A stretch of 64,000 bases of DNA from Eledone cirrhosa (taxonomy: Eukaryota): contig OZ024741.1 in assembly GCA_964016885.1 (NCBI GenBank), positions 411,556,001 to 411,620,000 on the forward strand. The letters are read 5' to 3'. Of the stretch, positions 40,301 to 51,253 are shown piece after piece. The position numbers and the translations under genes were made by a program. The number at the start of each line of letters is the position of its first letter. Positions within the stretch are counted from its first letter, which is position 1. A model generated the notes under the pieces. It did no database searches. It saw only the letters and a list, made by a program, of their open reading frames with translations, and was not told the DNA's origin.

Positions 40301-40889
40301 AAACCCTTCAATATACAAACCTTAATTTAACATTATTCTTAATTTTTTTCTCTTCATTAATTTTTTTTCTCTTCTTCAATTTTCAAATTCTTTTAAATTA
40401 TAAATTATCTTCCAACAGCTTTTTAACCTCTCTCTGTGAAACAATATATTTTTTTTCTCAGTTATAAAGGCTATCTCTCTCTTTCTATCACCCATCTCTC
40501 CTCCTATCTCATCCTTCTTTATTATACTCCTCCCCCACCATTCTTTACTCTCATCTCCTCCTCTTTTTCATCCTTTCCACCCCACCCCCTGCCTTATTTT
40601 TTCCCCAATATCACACATCAATCTTAAATTACTTTTCATGTGTTGATATAAAACTGCACTATTCACAAGTGTTTTTTAACCTTCATATCATGTCTCCCTA
40701 TTTTATCTGACGAAAAAGCAAATGTCATCTCATGATGATATTTGTTTTTGAAATGCGCATAATAAAATACATGGAACTCTTTTAACCATCTTTTGATCTT
40801 ATATTATTTATACTCCAGTCCTACAAACTGTAGAGTGCTTCTTATCCGATATCTGCATTGCTTTATTGTACTACAATAAAACTCACCTC

Positions 40890-40891
<2 letters not shown>
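37339..40891 (+). mobile_element. Penelope-like element PLE-2, 5'-truncated with stops and frameshifts; RT, GIY-YIG, pLTR and tail (Hydra-clade-like)
   Basis: HSDKTNNLY, CIQFDIASYY, MGASDSSQLTDLIG, GGIYRDDGL, NFLDISLNL; from 39001 CNCPVKNKCPLNNHC..LIYEC..CFGST..FKVRLYNH..CNLCLCE; ends at (CA)n(TA)n. Confidence 0.93.
40699..40769 (+). ncRNA. Minimal type I hammerhead ribozyme in the PLE-2 pLTR (sense to the host gene)
   Basis: TATTTTAT CTGACGA AAAAGCAAATGTCATC-TCAT-GATGATATTTGTTTTT GAAA TGCGCA TA^ATAAAATA; predicted cleavage after 40761. Confidence 0.88.
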
Positions 40892-40981
<90 letters not shown>

Positions 40982-41023
40982 CTTCAAAATATTAACAAAT
41001 ATAGACATTCATGTGATCAAATA

Positions 41024-41089
41024 TATTTTATTATACATATTTCAGAGGTACTGAGCTATTTCAACAGTACGTCCTCATCAGATAAAATA
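41024..41089 (-). ncRNA. Minimal type I hammerhead ribozyme (PLE-3 left arm)
   Basis: Reverse complement of 42264-42329. Confidence 0.85.
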
Positions 41090-42263
41090 AGTTGATGCTT
41101 GACATACCTTGACTATGTTGATGGTTAAAATTCAGTCATGGCAGTGAATTAGTTATGACAAAACTCAATATTTATATACCTTAAGTTGAAACATGAAAAA
41201 ATTACATATAAATACAAAGGGTGCGTATAAGAATGTGTATAAAGATACATAATAATAAATAACTAATAATATATAATATAATATAAACCTACATAACTGT
41301 TAAAAATTTAAATAATTTAAATAATAATAAGATATGCATAACTCATTATTGCAGATAGAGGAAGTGAAAGATGTAGAGAGTAACTCATGAGGAAAGAGAG
41401 AATGACCAGAAAGATACATGATCATATGCAGGAAAGGCAGGCGAACTGATCAAAGGATAGAGAGAAGAAGAGAAAATAAGTTTAATAGTATAAACACTGG
41501 GAGAAAGACATGTATTCTAATGGATAAAGAGCGTATAATTAGATGAGGGGAAAAATATATATATCTGGGCATAGCTGGATGACCGTTTATTTTCGAATCC
41601 TTAAGTTAATTAGAAATAGTCAATTAATCAAATATATATCTGGGCATGGCTGGATGACCGTTTATTTTCGAATCCTTAAGTTAATTAGAAATAGTCAATT
41701 AATCCAATGGCATAAGATTTCTGACTATAAAATTTATAAGGATTTATATTATAGTATAATATCATATTTAAAGTGTTTGCAAACATGAGAAAGAAAAACT
41801 TAAGATTATCATCACTCCAAAGGTAATCAAAATTATATATTATGTCTCCCTCCCAGTGTTTATACTATTAAACTTATTTTCTCTTCTTCTCTCTATCCTT
41901 TGATCAGTTCGCCTGCCTTTCCTGCATATGATCATGTATCTTTCTGGTCATTCTCTCTTTCCTCATGAGTTACTCTCTACATCTTTCACTTCCTCTATCT
42001 GCAATAATGAGTTATGCATATCTTATTATTATTTAAATTATTTAAATTTTTAACAGTTATGTAGGTTTATATTATATTATATATTATTAGTTATTTATTA
42101 TTATGTATCTTTATACACATTCTTATACGTACCCTTTGTATTTATATGTAATTTTTTCATGTTTCAACTTAAGGTATATAAATATTGAGTTTTGTCATAA
42201 CTAATTCACTGCCATGACTGAATTTTAACCATCAACATAGTCAAGGTATGTCAAGCATCAACT

Positions 42264-42329
42264 TATTTTATCTGATGAGGACGTACTGTTGAAATAGCTC
42301 AGTACCTCTGAAATATGTATAATAAAATA
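42264..42329 (+). ncRNA. Minimal type I hammerhead ribozyme (PLE-3 right arm, sense to the host gene)
   Basis: TATTTTAT CTGATGA GGACGTACTG..CAGTACCTCT GAAA TATGTA TA^ATAAAATA; predicted cleavage after 42321. Confidence 0.88.
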
Positions 42330-42568
42330 TATTTGATTACATGAATGTCTATATTTGTTAATATTTTGAAGTAATATTAATAAATCCAGAAATCCGCAAC
42401 GTGGAGTGCTTCTAATCTATTGTGAAACTTTATTCCTTGATTTAGTCATTGAACCTTGTTTAACCTTTAATTATATATATATATATATTTATATATTTTC
42501 ATTTGGTAATTGTCTCGGTAGCCTAGTGGAGTTCAATCTCGGTTAAGATCTGCACAGAATATATTTTC

Positions 42569-42607
<39 letters not shown>

Positions 42608-42736
42608 CTTCTCTGGAAGCAATCTTCTGTATTCAGACTCAGAAAGGGATGGGCTCCCCAGGTTTAAAAGGCCCCAACAAATGCCAATTATGACTCTCCT
42701 ACAACTCCACAAGATTATGGGACTATTATATCACAC

Positions 42737-42870
42737 ATCATCATCATCATGACGTTTCAATGCCTGCTTTCCCTGCTAATAAGGGTTGGACGCGTCTACA
42801 TACACCAAGAGTATTCCAACTGAGAACATAAAGAGCCGTAACTCTTTGCCGGGAAGCATGTTGTCCAATG
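42737..42870 (-). mobile_element. Short 3' remnant of another RTE-like/SINE family with a (GAT)n tail
   Basis: (CAT)n GACGTTTCAATGCCTGCTTTCC..GGGTTGGACG loosely parallels the RTE tail. Confidence 0.4.
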
Positions 42871-42876
42871 CTCTAC

Positions 42877-43158
42877 TCATCATCATCATCATCATCGTTT
42901 AACGTCTGTCTTCCACGCTAGCATGGGTTTAGATAGGAATTGTCCCACTAGAGGCAAGATTGGTTGTCTTGCTCGTGTATGAATGTCTGGCACGGCTGGA
43001 TGTCCTTCCTAACACCAACTACGTTTACAGTGTGGACTGGGAGGTTTTTACCGTGTTACCTACATGGCCACATTACAGAGTGGACTGTGTGTTTTTTTCT
43101 TGTGACACCTACACGACCTCATTTATTTAGGACTGGATGTTGTGCTACCAACATAACT
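42877..43158 (-). mobile_element. 5'-truncated copy of the same RTE 3' UTR as 22339-22631
   Basis: Clear colinear similarity including the (GAT)n tail, with a small internal deletion. Confidence 0.9.
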
Positions 43159-43218
43159 GATTCTACTAATTGATTCCACAGTACGTAATGAAAATAACAA
43201 TATTTTGCTGTCTTCCAG

Positions 43219-43333
43219 TTATGTGTTCGGCTCAACAACCTGTCCATGTTGGTGAAACAAATGTCTGTTTACTGTGAGTCACTAACACGTCTCTTCCACT
43301 TCAACAAAATAAAAACATCTTCACAAGATTCTG
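43219..43333 (+). CDS. Host-gene exon G (phase 0-1): LCVRLNNLSMLVKQMSVYCESLTRLFHFNKIKTSSQDS
   Basis: TCTTCCAG acceptor, G|GTAAAA donor; phase matches exon H. Confidence 0.75.
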
Positions 43334-43487
43334 GTAAAAATATTTTCCTTCCTCAGAGATCAGCTCTTCTTCCTTGGAGTTGAGAAAACTTAACAGTTTA
43401 TCAAATAATCTGTTGTTGTTGTTGCTTTTGTTGTCGCTGTTGTTGTTGTTGTTGTTGTTCTCCTATGCCTCTCCTCCACCTTCCTCC

Positions 43488-46400
43488 TGTGTGTTAGGTG
43501 TGTATGTTAGGTGTGTTTGTTAGATGTGTGTGTGTTAGATGTGTGTGTTAGGTGTGTGTGTGTTAGATGTATGTGTTAGATGTGTGAGTTAGATGTGTGT
43601 GTTAGATGTGTGTGTTAGGTGTGTGTGTTAGATGTGTGAGTGTGTTAGATCTGTGTGTTAGGTGTGTATGTGTTAGATGTGTGTGTGTTAGATGTGTGTG
43701 TTAGGTGTGTGTGTGTGTGTTAGGTGTGTGTGTGTGTGTTAGGTGGGTGTGTTAGATGTGTGTGTGTTAGGTGCGTGTGTGTTAGGCGTGTGTGTGTTAG
43801 ATGTGTGTGTTAGGTGTGTGTGTGTTAGGTGGGTGTGTGTGTGTTAGGTGGGTTTGTGTGTTAGGTGGGTGTGTGTTAGATGTGTGTGTTAGATGTGTGT
43901 GTGTTAGGTGGGTGTGTTAGGTGTGTGTGTGTTAGGTGGGTGTGTGTTAGATGTGTGTGTGTTAGATGTGTGTGTGTTAGATGTGGGTGTTAGGTGGGGG
44001 TGTGTTAGATGTGTGTGTTAGACGTGTGTGTTAGGTGTGTGTGTTAGGTGGGTGTGTGTTAGATGCGTGTGTTAGGTGGATGTGTGTTAGATGTGTGTGT
44101 GTTAGATGTGTGTGTTAGGTGTGTGTGTTAGATGTGTGTGTTAGGTGTGTGTGTTAGATGTGTGTGTGTGTTAGGTGAGTGTGTGTTAGGTGGGTGTGTG
44201 TGTTAGATGTGGGTGTTAGATGGGTGTGTTAGATGTTGGTGTTAGGTGGGTGTGTGTTAGATGTGTGTGTGTGTGTTAGGTGGGTGGGTGTTAGATGTGT
44301 GTGTGTTAGATGTGAGTGTTAGATGGGTGTGTTAGATGTGTGTGTTAGGTGGGTGTGTGTTAGATGTGGGTGTTAGATGTGTGTGTATTAGGTGGGTGTG
44401 TGTTAGATGTGTGTGTTAGATGTGTGTGTGTTAGATGTGTGTGTGTGTGTGTTAGGTGGGTGGGTGTTAGATGTGTGTGTGTGTTAGGTGTGTGTGTGTG
44501 TTAGATGTGTGTGTGTTAGATGTGTGTGTTAGGTGTGTGTGTTAGGTGTGTGTGTTAGATGTGTGTGTTAGATGTGTGTGTTAGGTGTGTGTATTAGATG
44601 TCTGTGTTAGATGTGTGTGTTAGATGTGAGTGTTAGGTGGGTGGGTGTTAGATGTGTGTATGTGTGTTAGATGTGTGTGTTAGATGTGTGTGTTAGGTGT
44701 GTGTGTTAGGTGTGTGTGTTAGATGTGTGTGTTAGATGTGTGTGTTAGGTGTGTGTATTAGATGTCTGTGTTAGATGTGTGTGTTAGATGTGAGTGTTAG
44801 GTGGGTGGGTGTTAGATGTGTGTATGTGTGTTAGATGTGTGTGTGTTAGATGTGTGTGTTAGATGTGTGTGTTAGATGTGTGTGTGAGTTAGATCTGTGT
44901 GTGTGTTAGATGTGTGTGTTAGATGTGTGTGTTAGGTGTGTGTGTGTTAGATGTGTATGTTTGGTGGGTGTGTGTGTGTTAGATGTGTATGTTTGGTGGG
45001 TGTGTGTTAGATGTGTGTGTTAGGTGGGTGTGTGTTAGTTGTGTGTGTTAGATGTGTGTGTTAGGTGTGTGTGTGTGTTAGATGTGTGTGTTAGGTGTGT
45101 GTGTGTTAGATGTGTGTGTGTTAGATGTGTGTGTTAGGTGGGTGTGTGTTAGATGTGTGTGTGTTAGATGTGTTTGTGTGTGTTAGGTAGGTGTGTGTTA
45201 GCTGTGTGTGTTAGATGTGTGTGTGTTAGATGGGTGTGTTAGATGTGTGTGTTAGATGGGTGTGTTAGATGTGTGTGTTAGATGGGTTTGTTAGATGTGT
45301 GTGTTTGATGTGTGTGTTAGATGTGTGTTTGATGAGTGTGTTAGATGTGTGTGTTAGATGTGTGTGTTAGATGTGTGTGTTAGATGTGTGTGTTAGATAT
45401 GTGTGTTAGATGGGTTTGTTAGATATGTGTGTTTGATGTGTGTGTGTTATATGTGTGTGTTAGATGTGTGTGTTAGATGGGTTTGTTAGATGTTTGTGTT
45501 AGATGTGTGTGTTTGATGTGTGTGTGTGTTAGATGTGTGTGTTTGATGGGTGTGTGTTTGATGTGTGTGTTAGATGAGTGTGTTAGATGTGTGTGTTAGA
45601 TGTGTGTGTTAGATGTGTGTGTTAGATCTGTGAATTAGGTCTGTATGTGTTAGATGTGTGTGTTAGGTGTGTGTGTGTGTTAGGTGGGTGTGTGTGTTAG
45701 GTGGGTGTGTGTTAGGTGGGTGTGTTAGATGTGTATGTGTGTGTTAGATGTGTGTGTGTTAGATGTGGGTGTTAGATGGGTGTGTTAGGTGTGTGTGTGT
45801 GTTAAATGTGTGTGTTAGATGTGTTAACGGTAGATGTGTGTGTTAGATGTGTGTGTTAGGTGTGTGTGTGTTAGATGTTTGTGTGTGTGTTAGGTGGGTG
45901 TTTGTTAGCTGTGTGTGTTAGATGTGTGTGTGTTAGATGGGTGTGTTAGATGTGTGTGTTAGATGGGTGTGTTAGATGTGTGTGTTAGATGGGTTTGTTA
46001 GATGTGTGTGTTTGATGTGTGTGTTAGATGTGTGTTTGATGAGTGTGTTGATGTGTGTGTGTTTGATGTGTGTGTTAGATGTGTGTGTTAGATGTGTGTG
46101 TTAGATATGTGTGTTAGATGGGTTTGTTAGATATGTGTGTTTGATGTGTGTGTGTTATATGTGTGTGTTAGATGTGTGTGTTAGATGGGTTTGTTAGATG
46201 TTTGTGTTAGATGTGTGTGTTTGATGTGTGTGTGTGTTAGATGTGTGTGTTTGATGGGTGTGTGTTTGATGTGTGTGTTAGATGAGTGTGTTAGATGTGT
46301 GTGTTAGATGTGTGTGTTAGATGTGTGTGTTAGATCTGTGAATTAGGTCTGTATGTGTTAGATGTGTGTGTTAGGTGTGTGTGTGTGTTAGGTGGGTGTG

Positions 46401-49400
46401 TGTGTTAGGTGGGTGTGTGTTAGGTGGGTGTGTTAGATGTGTATGTGTGTGTTAGATGTGTGTGTGTTAGATGTGGGTGTTAGATGGGTGTGTTAGGTGT
46501 GTGTGTGTGTTAAATGTGTGTGTTAGATGTGTTAACGGTAGATGTGTGTGTTAGATGTGTGTGTTAGGTGTGTGTGTGTTAGATGTTTGTGTGTGTGTTA
46601 GGTGGGTGTTTGTTAGCTGTGTGTGTTAGATGTGTGTGTGTTAGATGTGTGTGTTAGGTGTGTGTGTGTTAGTTGTGTGTGTTAGATGTGTGTGTTAGAT
46701 GCATGTGTTAGGTGTATGTGTTAGATGTGTGTGTGTGTGTGTTAGATGTGTGTGTGTTAGATGTGTATGTTAGATGTGTGTGTTAGATGTGTGTGTTAGA
46801 TGTGTGTGTTAGGTGTGTATGTGTTAGATGTGTGTGTGTTAGACGTGTGTGTGTTAGATGTGTGTGTTAGGTGTGTGTGTGTGTTAGATGTGGGTGTGTT
46901 AGATGTGTGTGTGTTATGTGGGTGTGTGTTAGATGTGGGTATTAGATGTGTGTGTTAGGTGTGTGTGTTAGGTGGGTGGGTGTTAGATGTGTGTGTGTTA
47001 GGTGGGTGGGTGTTAGATGTTTGTGTGTTAGGTGGGTGTGTGTTAGGTGTGTGTGTTAGGTGGGTGTGTGTTAGATGTGTGTGTGTTAGGTGGCTGAGTG
47101 TTAGATGTGTGTGTGTCAGGTAGGCGTGTGTTAGATGTGTGTGTGTTAGGTATGTTAGTGTGTTAGATGTGTGTGTGTTAGATGTGTGTGTTAGATGTGT
47201 GTGTTAGATGTATGTGTTAGGTGTGTGTGTTAGATGTCTGTGTGTTAGATGTGTGTGTTAGATGTGTGTGTTAGATGTGAGTGTTATATGGGTGTGTGTG
47301 TGTTAGATGTGTGTGTTAGATGTATGTGTTAGATGTGTGTGTGTGTTAGCTCTGTGTGTGTGTTAGATGTGTGTGTTAGGTGTGTGTGTGTTAGATGTGT
47401 GTGTGTGTTAGCTCTGTGTGTGTGTTAGATGTGTGTGTTAGGTGTGTGTGTGTTAGATGTGTGTGTTAGGTGGGTGTGTGTTAGATGTGTGTGTGTTAGG
47501 TGTGTGTGTGTTAGATGTGTGTGTTAGGTGTGTGTGTGTTAGATGTGTGTGTTAGGTGGGTGTGTGTTAGATGTGTGTGTTAGATGTGTGTGTTAGATGT
47601 GTGTTTTAGATGTATGTGTTAGGTGTGTGTGTTAGATGTCTGTGTGTTAGATGTATGTGTTAGATGTGTGTGTGTGTTAGCTCTGTGTGTGTGTTAGATG
47701 TGTGTGTTAGGTGTGTGTGTGTTAGATGTGTGTGTGTGTTAGCTCTGTGTGTGTGTTAGATGTGTGTGTTAGGTGTGTGTGTGTTAGATGTGTGTGTTAG
47801 GTGGGTGTGTGTTAGATGTGTGTGTGTTAGGTGTGTGTGTGTTAGATGTGTGTGTTAGGTGTGTGTGTGTTAGATGTGTGTGTTAGGTGGGTGTGTGTTA
47901 GATGTGTGTGTTAGATGTGTGTGTTAGATGTGTGTTTTAGATGTATGTGTTAGGTGTGTGTGTTAGATGTCTGTGTGTTAGATGTGTGTGTTAGATGTGT
48001 GCATTAGATGTGAGTGTTATACGGGTGTGTGTGTGTTAGATGTGTGTGTTAGATGTATGTGTTAGATGTGTGTGTGTGTTAGCTCTGTGTGTGTGTTAGA
48101 TCTGTGTGTTAGGTGTGTGTGTGTGTTAGATGTGTGTGTGTGTTAGCTCTGTGTGTGTGTTAGATGTGTGTGTTAGGTGTGTGTGTGTTAGATGTGTGTG
48201 TTAGGTGGGTGTGTGTTAGATGTGTGTGTGTTAGGTGTGTGTGTGTCAGATGTGTGTGTCAGGTGGGTGTGTGTTAGATGTGTGTGTTAGGTGTGTGTGT
48301 GTTAGGTGTGTGTGTTAGATGTGTGTGTGTTAGATGTGTGTGTTAGGTGGGTGTATGTTAGATGTGTGTGTTAGGTAGGTGTGTGTTAGCTGTGTGTGTT
48401 AGATGTGTGTGTGTTAGCTGTGTGTGTGTTAGATGTGTGTGTTAGATGTGTGTTTTAGATGTGTGTGTGTTAGATGTGTGTGTTAGATGTGTGTGTGTTA
48501 GATGTGTGTGCTAGATGTGTGTGCTAGATGTGTGTGCTAGATGGGTGTGTTAGATGGGTGTGTTAGATGGGTGTGTTAGATGTGTGTGTTTGATGTGTGT
48601 GTTAGATGTGTGTGTTAGATGTGTGTGTTAGATGTGTGTGTTTGATGTGTGTGTTAGATGTGTGTGTTAGATATGTGCGTTTGATGTGTGTGTTAGATGG
48701 GTGTGTTAGATGTGTGTGTTAGATGGGTTTGTTAGATGTTTGTGTTAGATGTGTGTGTTAGATGTGTGTGTTTGAGGGGTGTGTTTGATGGGTGTGTGTT
48801 TGATGTGTGTGTTAGATGTGTGTATTTGATGTGTGTGTTAGATGTGTGTTTGAGAGGTGTGTGTTAGATGTGTGTGTTAGATGTGTGTGTTAGATGAGTG
48901 TGTTAGATGTGTGTGTTAGATGTGTGTGTTAGATGTGTGTGTTAGATGTGTGTGTGTTAGATGTGTGTGTGTGTGTTAGGTGGGTGTTTGTTAGCTGTGT
49001 GTGTTAGATGTGTTTGTTAGGTGTATGTGTGTTAGTTGTGTGTGTTAGATGTGTATGTTAGATGCATGTGTTAGGTGTGTGTGTTAGATGTGTGTGTGTG
49101 TGTGTTAGATGTGTGTGTGTTAGATGTGTATGTTAGATGTGTGTGTTAGATGTGTGTGTTAGGTGTGTATGTGTTAGATGTGTGTGTTAGACGTGTGTGT
49201 GTTAGATGTGTGTGTTAGGTGTGTGTGTGTGTTAGGTGGGGGTGTGTTAGATGTGTGTGTGTGTGTTAGATGGGTGTGTGTTAGATGTGTGTGTTAGGTG
49301 TGTGGGTGTTAGATGTTTGTGTGTTAGGTGGGTGTGTGTTAGATGTGTGTGTGTTAGATGTGTGTGTGTGTGTTAGGTGGGTGTTTGTTAGCTGTGTGTG

Positions 49401-51207
49401 TTAGATGTGTGTGTTAGATGCATGTGCTAGGTGTGTGTGTTAGATGTGTGTGTGTGTGTGTTAGATGTGGGTGTTTTAGATGTGTATGTTAGATGTGTGT
49501 GTTAGATGTGTGTGTTAGATGTGTGTGTTAGGTGTGTATGTGTTAGATGTGTGTGTTAGGTGTGTGTGTTAGGTGGGTGTGTGTTAGATGTGTGTGTGTT
49601 AGGTGGGTGTGTGTTAGATGTGTGTGTGTTAGGTGGGTGAGTGTTAGGTGGGTGGGTGTTAGATGTGTGTGTTAGATGTGTGTGTGTTAGATGTGTGTGT
49701 GTGTGTTAGGTGGGCGTGTGTTAGATGTGTGTGTGTTATGTATGTTAGTGTGTTAGATGTGTGTGTGTTAGATGTGTGTGTTAGGGGTGTGTGTTAGATG
49801 TGTGTGTTAGATGTGTGTGTTAGGTGTGTGTGTTAGATGTCTGTGTGTTAGATGTGTGTGTTAGATGTGAGTGTTAGGTGGGTGTGTGTTAGATGTGTCT
49901 GTGTTAGATGTGTGTATGTGTGTTAGATGTGTGTGTTAAATGTATGTGTTAGATGTGTGTGCGTGTTAGCTCTGTGTGTGTGTTAGATGTGTGTGTTAGG
50001 TGTGTGTGTTAGATGTCTGTGTTAGATGTGTGTGTTAGGTGTGTGTGTGTTAGATGTGTGTGTTAGGTGGGTGTGTGTTAGATGTGTGTGTGTTAGGTGT
50101 GTGTGTGTTAGATGTGTGTGTCAGGTGGGTGTGTGTTAGATGTGTGTGTTAGGTGTGTGTGTGTTAGATGTGTGTGTTAGGTGTGTGTATAGGTGGGTGT
50201 GTGTTAGATGTGTGTTTTAGATGTGTGTGTGTTAGATGTGTGTGTTAGCAGTGTGTGTTAGATGTGTGTGTGTTAGATGTGTGTGTTAGATGTGTGTTTT
50301 AGAGTGTGTGTTAGATGTGTGTGTGTTAGATGTGTGTGTGTTAGATGTGTGTGTTAGATGTGTGTGTGTTAGATGTGTGTACTAGATGTGTGTGTTAGAT
50401 GTGTGTGTTTGATGTGTTTGTTAGATGTGTGTGTTAGATGTGTGTGTTAGATGGGTTTGTTAGATGTGTGCGTTTGATGTGTGTGTGTGTTAGATGTGTG
50501 TGTTAGATGTGTGTGTTAGATATGTGTGTTAGATGGGTTTGTTAGATATGTGTTAGATGTGTATGTTATATGTGTGTGTTAGATGTGTGTGTTAGACGTG
50601 TGTGTTAGATGGGTTTGTTAGATGTGTGTGTTAGATGGTGTGTTACATGTGTGTGTTTGATGTGTGTGTTAGATCTGTGTGTTTGATGTGTGTGTTAGAT
50701 CTGTGTGTTAGATGTGTGTGTTTGATGGGTGTGTTATATGTGTGTGTTTGATGTGTGTGTTAGATGTGTGTTTTAGATGTGTGTGTTAGATGTGTATGTT
50801 AGATGTGTGTGTTAGATGAGTGTGTTAGATGTGTGTGTTAGATGTGTGTGTTTGATGAGTGTGTTAGATGTGTGTGTTTGATGTGTGTGTGTTTGATGTG
50901 TGTGTTTGATGTGTGTGTTAGATGTGTGTGTTTGATGTGTGTGTTTGATGGGTGTGTTAGATGTGTGTGTTTGATGTGTGTGTTTGATGGGTGTGTTTGA
51001 TGTGTGTGTTAGATGTGTGTGTTTGATGTGTGTGTTAGATGTGTGTGTTTGATGTGTGTGTTTGATGTGTGTGTTTGATGTGTGTGTTTGATGGGTGTGT
51101 TTGATGTGTGTGTTAGATGTGTGTGTTTGATGTGTGTGTTAGATGTGTGTGTTTGATGTGTGTGTTTGATGTGTGTGTTTGATGTGTGTGTTTGATGTGC
51201 GTGTTAG
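43488..51207. repeat. About 13-bp compound satellite TTAGA(TG)n / TTAGG(TG)n / TTTGA(TG)n
   Basis: Read directly; rare markers (TGAATT, TTAACGG) repeat at 708 bp. Confidence 0.97.
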
Positions 51208-51253
51208 ATGTCACACATGGTCATGATGTATGAAATATTTGTTATTTTTTTAG

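Larger units (their letters stand above)
40977..42471 (+). mobile_element. Non-coding PLE-3: inverted pLTR pair (40977-41511 / 41842-42376), spacer and tail, between (TA)n tracts
   Basis: 535-bp arms, near-identical with no net indel; each carries a hammerhead; 75-bp tandem duplication in the spacer. Confidence 0.85.

Noticed and set aside
34925-40627. Repeated MKQYIFF ORFs (34925, 36098, 40436)
   Set aside because: Spurious ORFs in pLTR copies; frameshifted in the third copy.
43488-51207. Telomere or interstitial telomeric array
   Set aside because: No tandem TTAGGG; units are TG microsatellite runs with TTAGA/TTAGG spacers, located between two exons.
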